A DNA stretch of 53,729 nucleotides from a virus. Lineage: Duplodnaviria > Caudoviricetes. Position 1 is the first letter of the stretch. Each line of letters begins with the position of its first letter. The notes under the pieces were generated by a model that ran no database searches, was not told the DNA's origin, and saw only the letters and a list, made by a program, of their open reading frames with translations. This document shows positions 40,173 to 47,667 of this stretch, piece after piece. The stretch lies in IMG/VR virus record IMGVR_UViG_3300044266_000287, positions 1 through 53,729 of that record; one strand, written 5' to 3'. Position numbers and translations under genes: made by a program.

Positions 40173-42280
40173 TGCGTACAAGAGGTAATGGCGGCATCAT
40201 TGGTAAAGCAATCATACCAGGTAAAGCTGGTGGGGGAATGGTTACGTCTCAGGATGCTACTGAAGCTTCTTTAGCAGGTTCATGGCCAGGTTCTGTAAAC
40301 TCCAACATTTATGGAATTAATCTTTCTGTTGCTACAGTATCTAATGTTGTAGTTACCAGTTCTAGTTATAGCAATACCTATGGAGCTATTTCTTCAGGTT
40401 CCTATATCAAATTATATGGTACTAATTTCACAACTAATACTATTGTTACAGTTAATTCCAATATAGTACCATTAGCAAATATTACCTATTTTAGTTCTAA
40501 TCAGTTAAATATTGCTTTACCAACAATTGCAAACACAGTTAATATAGCTTTTGCAGTCTCCAATTATGTTGCTTCATCAGCAACACCAGCATCTTTTGCA
40601 GGAGCGGCAATACCAGGACAATACTTGGTTGTGTCTGGTGGTGGCGGTGGCGGAGGAGGTACTGGTGGTGGTGGAGGTGGTGGAGGAGTATTAACCGGTC
40701 CAATATATTTTCCAGTAGGTACAACATATACAATTACTGTTGGTGCTGGAGGATCGAATGGTACAGGACCAACTAGAGGAGGTTCTGGTTTTAGTTCAAA
40801 TATTATTAGTAGTGGAACTACAGTCGTTTCATCTTCTGGTGGCGGCGGAGGCGGTACAGGAGGAAATAACTGTTTAACTAATGCATCAGGAAATTCAGGA
40901 GGTTCGGGAGGTGGAGGCGGAGGTAATAACGTTTATCTCGGAATACACCCAGGTGGTGCCGGTACACCAGGACAAGGATACGCAGGCGGAACAGGAGATT
41001 ATACTTCACCCTATTATGCTGGCGCAGGAGGTGGTGGCGCAGGCGGTGCAGGAACTTCCGTACCTGCAGGTACATCATTAGCTGGACCTGGAGGTTCAGG
41101 CGTCACATGGTCATATACAGCAAACACATATGCTGGAGGTGGAGGCGGATCAACTAATGCTGGAGGTACCGCAGGAACTGGCGGATCTGGCGGTGGAGGA
41201 AATGGTAAAGTTGGAAGTTTTGTTGGATGTGCTGGAGTAAATAATTCAGGTGGCGGAGGTGGTTCTGGTGGAGGAATAACATCAACACTTGGTGCAGCAG
41301 GCGGTTCAGGCATTGTTGCTTTAGCAATACCCACATCATGTGTTCCGGCAGTTCAATATCCAGGTGCTGTAGCGACAACACCTCCTGCAGCACCAGGTAT
41401 GACAGTATTGACCTGGAATTCAAGTGGATCATTTATTACAAAACCACCAGTAGTATTGTACTATCTTGTTGTTGCTGGTGGTGGTGCAGGTGGTGGTGCA
41501 CCAGGTGGTAGTCCCGGAACTTCACTTGGTGGTGGCGGCGGAGCTGGAGGATTATTACAAGGTTCAACACCTATTGTACCAGGAACCACATACACAATTA
41601 CAGTAGGTGGTGGCGCATCATCATTAACGATTAACGGAAGTCCAAGTTCATTGGCTGCACCCACAATGTCAACTGTATCGACTACAGGTGGCGGTATTGG
41701 TGGAGGACAATCTTCTACTCCTACCACAAGTGACAACGGTTCTCCAGGAGGTTCGGGTGGTGGAGGTGGTATCAATAGTGGACCTGTCACAATAGGATTA
41801 GCTACTGGTAGTCCGGCTGTTGGTGTTGCTGGCACTCAAGGATATCCAGGGGGTACAAACTCTACACCAGCAAACTACGGTACTGGTGGTGGCGGTGGTG
41901 CCACAGCAGCTGGCGGAGCAGGAACGGGAAGTCAATCTGGTGCCGGTGGTACCGGATATACTTGGACATACACAGGTAGTACATACGCAGGTGGAGGCGG
42001 CGGTAGTATATCCGGTTATGGTGCTACTGCAAATTCTGGCGGATCAGGAGGAGGTGGAAATGGTGGAACATCACCAACTACTGGTGGAAGTGCTGGATCA
42101 CCCGGTACAGGAGGCGGTGGTGGTGGTAACGCATATGCTGGTGGTAGCGGTGTAGTCATCTTAGCAGTTCCAACTCCAGCTTATCCAGGTTCGGCTCCAG
42201 GTGCCACAGTTACAACACCACCTGCAGCACCAGGAATGACCGTGTTAACATACACATCATCCGGTACATACACGGCTTAA
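40172..42280 (+). CDS. Gly-rich adhesin-like protein: IPT/TIG-like domain plus two Gly-rich modules
   Basis: N-terminal 'NGGIIG...W.G'; 'YIKLYGTNF...VTVN...YFSS.QL...LP'; two 'YLVV.GGG...LA.P..YPG' modules. Confidence 0.7.
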   Translation: MRTRGNGGIIGKAIIPGKAGGGMVTSQDATEASLAGSWPGSVNSNIYGINLSVATVSNVVVTSSSYSNTYGAISSGSYIKLYGTNFTTNTIVTVNSNIVPLANITYFSSNQLNIALPTIANTVNIAFAVSNYVASSATPASFAGAAIPGQYLVVSGGGGGGGGTGGGGGGGGVLTGPIYFPVGTTYTITVGAGGSNGTGPTRGGSGFSSNIISSGTTVVSSSGGGGGGTGGNNCLTNASGNSGGSGGGGGGNNVYLGIHPGGAGTPGQGYAGGTGDYTSPYYAGAGGGGAGGAGTSVPAGTSLAGPGGSGVTWSYTANTYAGGGGGSTNAGGTAGTGGSGGGGNGKVGSFVGCAGVNNSGGGGGSGGGITSTLGAAGGSGIVALAIPTSCVPAVQYPGAVATTPPAAPGMTVLTWNSSGSFITKPPVVLYYLVVAGGGAGGGAPGGSPGTSLGGGGGAGGLLQGSTPIVPGTTYTITVGGGASSLTINGSPSSLAAPTMSTVSTTGGGIGGGQSSTPTTSDNGSPGGSGGGGGINSGPVTIGLATGSPAVGVAGTQGYPGGTNSTPANYGTGGGGGATAAGGAGTGSQSGAGGTGYTWTYTGSTYAGGGGGSISGYGATANSGGSGGGGNGGTSPTTGGSAGSPGTGGGGGGNAYAGGSGVVILAVPTPAYPGSAPGATVTTPPAAPGMTVLTYTSSGTYTA
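41348..41435 (+). repeat. 88-bp exact direct repeat, copy 1 (copy 2 at 44760-44847)
   Basis: gcagttcaatatccaggtgct...caagtggatcattta identical in both; a further 34-bp identity just upstream (41298-41331 = 44710-44743). Confidence 0.9.
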
Positions 42281-42286
42281 TAAATA
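42279..42286 (+). promoter_or_regulatory. Putative late promoter (AATAAATA) overlapping stop codon
   Basis: ACGGCT-TAA-TAAATA upstream of the 50-aa ORF. Confidence 0.6.
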
Positions 42287-42306
42287 GTCTATAAACGGAG
42301 AAAAAA

Positions 42307-42459
42307 GTGGCCTTTCCAACAACACCAACCAACGGACAAGTAGCAGTAATAGACGGCATTAGTTATGTCTATTCCACCACAACCAATAGTTGGACAAGAA
42401 ATGTCACTATACTATCTGTTACACCAACACTCAGTCCCTTTTTATTAATGGGTGCTTAA
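42307..42459 (+). CDS. 50-aa minimal adaptor protein (below ORF-track cutoff)
   Basis: GGAG SD plus GTG start; MAFPTTPTNGQVAVIDGISYVYSTTTNSWTRNVTTISVTPTLSPFLLMGA; N-terminal 31 aa homologous to the N-termini of 10991 and 37499; fills the gap. Confidence 0.85.
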   Translation: MAFPTTPTNGQVAVIDGISYVYSTTTNSWTRNVTILSVTPTLSPFLLMGA

Positions 42460-42468
42460 GGAAATTAT

Positions 42469-42798
42469 ATGGGAATTGCATACAAAGTCTTAGGACAAGC
42501 CAATCCAACTGCCAACACAAATACAACCTTGTATACGGTACCTTCACTTACTAATACTGTAGTTAGTACCATTACTATTTGTAATCAAGCAAATACTCCT
42601 GCTTGGTTTAATATTGCTGTTCAACCTGCTGGCGCTTCATTAGTTTCTAAAAATTATATCAATTATAATACTCCTGTTCCAGGAAATGATACAATCTCTT
42701 TAACACTTGGTATTACTTTAGGAAACACCGATATTGTTTCTTGTAATGCCAATACCAGCACAGTAAGTTTCAACGTATTTGGTAGTGAGATTAGTTAA
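42469..42798 (+). CDS. Small beta-sandwich linker protein
   Basis: TAAGGA SD; 'YKVLGQ..P.A.T.T.LYTVP.....VVSTI.ICN...YI.Y......D......GITL..TD......SF..FG.EIS'; same size, slot and C-terminal E.IS-like ending as 39819..40172. Confidence 0.7.
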   Translation: MGIAYKVLGQANPTANTNTTLYTVPSLTNTVVSTITICNQANTPAWFNIAVQPAGASLVSKNYINYNTPVPGNDTISLTLGITLGNTDIVSCNANTSTVSFNVFGSEIS

Positions 42799-45704
42799 TG
42801 TCTACTAAAACTTTGAGCCAAAATAAGGCAAGTAAAGCTAGTGTATTATTTGGAGAAACCATTACTCTTGGTGGTACTGGTGGCACAACAAATCTTCCTG
42901 CTATATCAAATGTTGTAGTTGCAAATTCAAGTTACGCTAATATTTCTTCCGGCATAAGTTCTACAGGAAGTTATGTTAAAGTGTATGGTACCAATTTTCA
43001 AGCAAATACTGTTGTTACAGTTAACGCTAATACCGTACCATCATTAAATGTTACTTACTTCAGTTCAACACAATTAAATGTTGCTTTACCTACTATTGCT
43101 AATACTAATTATGTAACTTTTGGTGTAGCTAATCCTATATCGAGTGCAACAATAGTATCTACTGGAATTACTGTACAATATCTTGTAATTGCTGCTGGTG
43201 GAGGTGGTGGTACTTTTGGTGGCGGTGGCGGTGGCGCAGGAGGAGTTACAACAGGAAATTTCGTTACGGTTGCAAATACAACCTACACAATTCAAATAGG
43301 ATCAGGTGGAACTGGATCCACATCATATAATCCAGCTGCTTCCGGAACAAGTGGTTTTAGTAGTAACGTTACTAGTAGTTCACCAACCTTTTCTACTATC
43401 ACAACAATTGGCGGTGGCGGAGGAGGTTCTGGAGATGCTGCTGCCAGTCCAAACGCTACTGTTGGTAGTCCTGGAGGTTCTGGAGGTGGAGGCGGTGGCC
43501 GTTTAATTAAATCGGGAGGCACAGGAACACCAGGACAAGGAAATAGTGGTGGCAATTCGATGCCAGGAGATACGGCAGGGTATTACGCTGGAGGAGGCGG
43601 TGGTGGTGCAAAATGTGCCGGAACATCAGGCGTACAAGGACAAGCTGGTTCTGGTGGTGCAGGTTATACTTGGTCCTACACCGCAAACACTTATGCTGGA
43701 GGTGGTGGAGGGGGCGCATATCAAGGTACCGCAGGCACCGGTGGATCTGGTGGTGGAGGACCAGGAGGTTCTACTGCATTAATAACTGGAACAGCAGGAA
43801 CATCAGGAACAGGTAGTGGTGGTGGTTCTGGAGGTGGAGGACCACCATCAACACCAGGAACAGCTTCTGGTGGTGGAGGAGGATCAGGAGTTGTTGCTTT
43901 TGCAATTCCCACTGCATGTGTTCCCTCAGTTTCATATAGTGGTGCAATTGCTACTACTCCACCAGCAGCACCCGGTATGACTGTGTTAACTTGGAACTCA
44001 AGTGGATCATTTATCACAAAACCCCCTGTTGTTGCACAATACCTTATAGTTTCTGGTGGTGGTGGAGGAGGAATGGCTATTGGTGGCGGAGGTGGTGCTG
44101 GAGGATTATTAACGGGCACATCAAACTTTGCAAGATGTTCTAATTATACTATTAGTGTTGGTGCGGGCGGAGCTGGAGCAACCGTTCGTTCAGTAGCTGG
44201 AACAAATGGATTTAGTAGTAATATTTCTGGAATTTCAGTATCATCAGGACTTGGTGGTGGCGGTGGCGGAAGTAATAATAGCGGCGCTGGTCCAGGTAAT
44301 GCTGGTGCATCCGGAGGTGGTGGAGCAGGATCATTTCCAACAATCAGTACAGGAGGTCCAGCAACAAATTATCCAGGTCCATTAGCACAAGGTTATCCTG
44401 GTGGTTCAGCTTCCGGTTTTGCAGGTGGTGGCGGTGGAGGTTCGGCCGGAGCTGGAGTTGCCTCACCATCTGTTCAATCTTCCGGAACACCATCTGGTTC
44501 TGGTGGTGCAGGTTATACTTGGTCCTACACCGCAAACACTTATGCAAGTGGTGGGACAGGTGGTGCTGGTCCTGGTGGCACCACTACGGCTACACCCGGT
44601 GGCGGAGGTGCAGGTAGTAGTAGCGATTCAACTGCTAGTGCAGGCACAACAAATACTGGTGGTGGAGGTGGTGGTGGAGGATATGTTAGTAATGGAGGAC
44701 AAGGCGGTCCAGGCGGTTCAGGCATTGTTGCTTTAGCAATACCAACCGCATGTGTACCAGCAGTTCAATATCCAGGTGCTGTAGCGACAACACCTCCTGC
44801 AGCACCAGGTATGACAGTATTGACCTGGAATTCAAGTGGATCATTTAAAACATATGCTGCAGTACCATATTCAATACAATACTTAGTGGTTGCTGGAGGT
44901 GGTGGTGGTGCAGGTTTTGGTGATGGCGGTGGTGGCGGTGGTGGCGGTTTATTACATGGATGCACACCGTTGACAGCTGGTTCAGTATATACTATTACTA
45001 TTGGTAGTGGTGGTGTTGGAGGAGGTAATCCTCCTGGAAATCCATGTAATAGCGGACTTCGTGGATCGGTATCCAGTATTATGTTAGGTCCAACAAATAT
45101 AGTTACTACAGTTGGCGGTGGCGGCGGAATTTCTTCAACTACAACCTATGGTCCAGGTGGATCAGGCGGCGGTGGTGGACGTAATACTCCAACTCGTGCG
45201 GGCGGCACAGGAACACCCGGTCAAGGCAACACCGGCGGAACTGGCGGCGGTTCTGGTGCTGGCGGAGGTGGCGGAGGTGGCGCCGGTGGAGCTGGTGGAT
45301 CACCTGGAACTTGCGCTGGACCTGGTGGCGCAGGATACGCTTGGCCTTATTTAAGTGCGGCTCAACCAACCGGCATTGGTGCTTTTGCTGGAGGCGGAGG
45401 TGCCGGTGGAGATCCTGCAGCTCCTGGCGGACATGCAGGAACAGGAGGTCCACTCGGTCCAAGTGGAGCGGGACCAGGGAGTTATAGAATATGTGGAAGT
45501 GTTGCTATAGTTAATAGTGGTTCTGGTGGTGGCGGTGGCGGTAGTTGTGGAAATGGTGGTGCTGGTGGATCCGGTATAATTATTCTAGCAGTTCCAACTC
45601 CATCTTATCCGGGTTCGGCTCCAGGTGCCACAGTAACTACACCACCTGCTGCGCCAGGCATGACAGTATTAACATATACTTCATCTGGCACCTACACGGC
45701 TTAA
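42798..45704 (+). CDS. Gly-rich adhesin-like protein: IPT/TIG-like domain plus three Gly-rich modules
   Basis: N-terminal domain paralogous to 40172; three 'QYL...GGG...A.PT...PPAAPGMTVLT' modules. Confidence 0.7.
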   Translation: MSTKTLSQNKASKASVLFGETITLGGTGGTTNLPAISNVVVANSSYANISSGISSTGSYVKVYGTNFQANTVVTVNANTVPSLNVTYFSSTQLNVALPTIANTNYVTFGVANPISSATIVSTGITVQYLVIAAGGGGGTFGGGGGGAGGVTTGNFVTVANTTYTIQIGSGGTGSTSYNPAASGTSGFSSNVTSSSPTFSTITTIGGGGGGSGDAAASPNATVGSPGGSGGGGGGRLIKSGGTGTPGQGNSGGNSMPGDTAGYYAGGGGGGAKCAGTSGVQGQAGSGGAGYTWSYTANTYAGGGGGGAYQGTAGTGGSGGGGPGGSTALITGTAGTSGTGSGGGSGGGGPPSTPGTASGGGGGSGVVAFAIPTACVPSVSYSGAIATTPPAAPGMTVLTWNSSGSFITKPPVVAQYLIVSGGGGGGMAIGGGGGAGGLLTGTSNFARCSNYTISVGAGGAGATVRSVAGTNGFSSNISGISVSSGLGGGGGGSNNSGAGPGNAGASGGGGAGSFPTISTGGPATNYPGPLAQGYPGGSASGFAGGGGGGSAGAGVASPSVQSSGTPSGSGGAGYTWSYTANTYASGGTGGAGPGGTTTATPGGGGAGSSSDSTASAGTTNTGGGGGGGGYVSNGGQGGPGGSGIVALAIPTACVPAVQYPGAVATTPPAAPGMTVLTWNSSGSFKTYAAVPYSIQYLVVAGGGGGAGFGDGGGGGGGGLLHGCTPLTAGSVYTITIGSGGVGGGNPPGNPCNSGLRGSVSSIMLGPTNIVTTVGGGGGISSTTTYGPGGSGGGGGRNTPTRAGGTGTPGQGNTGGTGGGSGAGGGGGGGAGGAGGSPGTCAGPGGAGYAWPYLSAAQPTGIGAFAGGGGAGGDPAAPGGHAGTGGPLGPSGAGPGSYRICGSVAIVNSGSGGGGGGSCGNGGAGGSGIIILAVPTPSYPGSAPGATVTTPPAAPGMTVLTYTSSGTYTA
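43645..43696 (+). repeat. 52-bp exact direct repeat (second copy at 44494-44545)
   Basis: ctggttctggtggtgcaggttatacttggtcctacaccgcaaacacttatgc in modules 1 and 2 of 42798..45704. Confidence 0.9.
44760..44847 (+). repeat. 88-bp exact direct repeat, copy 2
   Basis: Identical to 41348-41435. Confidence 0.9.
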
Positions 45705-45710
45705 TAAATA
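45703..45710 (+). promoter_or_regulatory. Putative late promoter (AATAAATA) overlapping stop codon
   Basis: ACGGCT-TAA-TAAATA, then TAAGGAG SD and GTG 45733. Confidence 0.6.
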
Positions 45711-45732
45711 CTTTCATTTAAGGAGAAATAAA

Positions 45733-46110
45733 GTGAGTCATTTTGCAAAAGTTGAAAATGGAATTGTAACACAAGTGATTGTTGCAGAACAAGAATTCAT
45801 TAATGGTGGTCATGTTGGTAATCCTAGTTTATGGATTCAAACATCTTACAATACTCGTGGAAATGTACACTACGCACCAAATAGTGCAAATACTGATGGT
45901 GGTGTGGCACTACGTGGTAATTATGCTGGAATTGGTTACATTTATGATTCAGGTCATGATGTATTCTATGCGCCAAAACCATTTAATTCTTGGACAATTT
46001 CTTCCAATACTTGGACATGGCAAGCACCAGTAGCAATGCCTACGGATGGTAAACCATATAGATGGGATGAAGCCAATACTAAATGGGATTTAGTTACAAT
46101 CCCAGCATAA
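45733..46110 (+). CDS. Trp-rich small phage protein accompanying Gly-rich genes (possible fibre assembly/attachment factor)
   Basis: Strong SD; 'HFA......V.QVIV', 'W.QTSYN', 'R.NYAGIG..YD...D.F..PKP..SW', 'W.APV..P.DG..Y.WDE'. Confidence 0.7.
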   Translation: MSHFAKVENGIVTQVIVAEQEFINGGHVGNPSLWIQTSYNTRGNVHYAPNSANTDGGVALRGNYAGIGYIYDSGHDVFYAPKPFNSWTISSNTWTWQAPVAMPTDGKPYRWDEANTKWDLVTIPA

Positions 46111-46115
46111 TTTAA

Positions 46116-46961
46116 TTATTTAAATCTTGGTCCTTGAACCCAAGCAACTAAACTATAACGTTTTCCTTTAGTCACGGGTGTTACTTCATGTAACATCCAA
46201 GACGGAAAGAATGTTGCGGTACCTTGATTACGGAAAGCAACATCAGGATTATTTTTGTAGTGTAACAATAAATCTCCACCTTCATAATCAGAACTGTCAC
46301 TCAATTGTACAGAAAGACTTAGTTTTCTTGTGCCTGTACCTTTATACATCATATCAACATGTTTTTGGTAGAAACCTTTTTCTTTGGCATCATAACTTGT
46401 AAACTGTAAACTTTGAATATCAGTCAAATCATAATTAAAAAATTGGTCATTGATAGTTTTAATCTGGTGTACGAGACGTTCAAAAATCCAACGATTATCT
46501 AGAACATCAGAACGAATCCAAGCAATAGGACTACGGCGTACTTTAGCAAGTTCTTTAAGTTGTTCTGGTGAACCAGTCATGTCACCTACATTACCATAAG
46601 TTAAAGGTGAAGCATCTGTTCCTGAAGTACCGATTTCAATAATCTTTTTACATTCTTCTGGTGTGAATAGATTGTGTGCATAAGCCCAATTTTCATTTGT
46701 TGTTACATCTAACCACCAGTTAAATGCAGAAGCATAATCAGAGGTTGGTTTTGGTAAAGAAGAAGGATCTAAAGTTGGAGCATCACTCTCTTTAATATTA
46801 ACATCACCAACAATAATTGTTTGGCCAGTTTTCTTAGACTTTGCTCGTGCTTTAGTTGCTGGTGATTCAACCAATTTCAATGATGGTTTTTTGTTCGCCT
46901 TAATTTTAACGGGAGCTTTAACTGGAGTTTTTGATTTCTTACTTGTAGTCAATTGGGTCAT
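46116..46961 (-). CDS. 2OG-Fe(II) oxygenase, prolyl 4-hydroxylase/PKHD-like, with Lys-rich N-terminal extension
   Basis: Facial triad 'KHVD...HEVTPV', 2OG-binding 'GKRYSLVAW', 'RKLSLSVQLS....YEGGDL', 'FPSW.LH'. Confidence 0.9.
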   Translation of the reverse strand: MTQLTTSKKSKTPVKAPVKIKANKKPSLKLVESPATKARAKSKKTGQTIIVGDVNIKESDAPTLDPSSLPKPTSDYASAFNWWLDVTTNENWAYAHNLFTPEECKKIIEIGTSGTDASPLTYGNVGDMTGSPEQLKELAKVRRSPIAWIRSDVLDNRWIFERLVHQIKTINDQFFNYDLTDIQSLQFTSYDAKEKGFYQKHVDMMYKGTGTRKLSLSVQLSDSSDYEGGDLLLHYKNNPDVAFRNQGTATFFPSWMLHEVTPVTKGKRYSLVAWVQGPRFK

Positions 46962-47518
46962 TTTTTAATTCCTAAAATAGGTCGTTTGTCAAATTTAAAA
47001 TCTTTGTAGATACCATTAGCATCCACATAATGCAAAAACAATTGAATTTGTTGGTTGCCTTCATAAGGATCCCGCCAATGTTCAACATCACATCCTTTAT
47101 ATATTGCCATGTCTCCGGCGTTCAATAGGATTTTTTTACCTTCCATGTAGATAGGCCATGGTTTTGGATCATTATCGATACATAGTGTAGCACTATATTG
47201 GCAACTTGGTCGGTCTTTGTGTGGTGATAATGTAGAACCTTTCCAGTAGATTCGACCATAGGTATATGTTGGGAAAAGTTCTAGACCAGTTTCTTGTTCC
47301 ATCAAAGGTAACAAGGTAACGGCAAGAGAATCACAGATGGTGGCACCGTAGAATGGGTAACCGATTGGACTTTGTTCATCACCGAAATGAGTTTTATTGT
47401 CCATGGATACACCTTTTTGATAATGGTCAACCGTTCTGGTCAACAATAATGTATTTTTGAGTAAGTCCAAGGTGTCAGGACTTAATACGTTTCGTACTAC
47501 TTTATAAGGTTGTTTCAT
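46958..47518 (-). CDS. 2OG-Fe(II) oxygenase-like protein
   Basis: 'L.PTY.Y.RIY..G..L..HKDRPSC..SATL', 'WPIY', 'GD..IY.GC...HWR', 'Q.FLHYV' (HxD...H triad). Confidence 0.8.
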   Translation of the reverse strand: MKQPYKVVRNVLSPDTLDLLKNTLLLTRTVDHYQKGVSMDNKTHFGDEQSPIGYPFYGATICDSLAVTLLPLMEQETGLELFPTYTYGRIYWKGSTLSPHKDRPSCQYSATLCIDNDPKPWPIYMEGKKILLNAGDMAIYKGCDVEHWRDPYEGNQQIQLFLHYVDANGIYKDFKFDKRPILGIKK

Positions 47519-47544
47519 AGTATTTTCAATTAAAAATAATGTTT

Positions 47545-47573
47545 ATGATATATTATATATTGTCGATTGGCAA
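47545..47573 (-). promoter_or_regulatory. Sigma70-type promoter for the oxygenase pair
   Basis: Minus strand TTGCCA-17 nt-TATCAT, 26 nt upstream of ATG 47518; a TTGACA also lies at 47600-47605. Confidence 0.65.
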
Positions 47574-47638
47574 GCCAGTTTTAATTTGACCTTGATCCAT
47601 GTCAACAGTATTATGTATATATGCTGAATCCGATGGCA

Positions 47639-47646
47639 GATAAATA
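47639..47646 (+). promoter_or_regulatory. Putative late promoter (GATAAATA) for gp13
   Basis: One mismatch to TATAAATA, followed by AGGAG SD and ATG 47668. Confidence 0.6.
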
Positions 47647-47667
47647 CCTCTATATTAGGAGAGTTTA

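Noticed and set aside
40539-45462. Many short alternative-frame and antisense ORFs (poly-Pro, Val/Glu-rich, His/Arg-rich)
   Set aside because: Shadow ORFs produced by GGN codon runs that lack stops in other frames; they lie within long genes and have no evident initiation signals
40172-45704. Diversity-generating retroelement (template/variable repeat pairs) or invertible shufflon
   Set aside because: Repeats are direct and all coding; I saw no adenine-restricted mismatch pattern; no reverse transcriptase or recombinase in the window (one elsewhere in the genome cannot be excluded)
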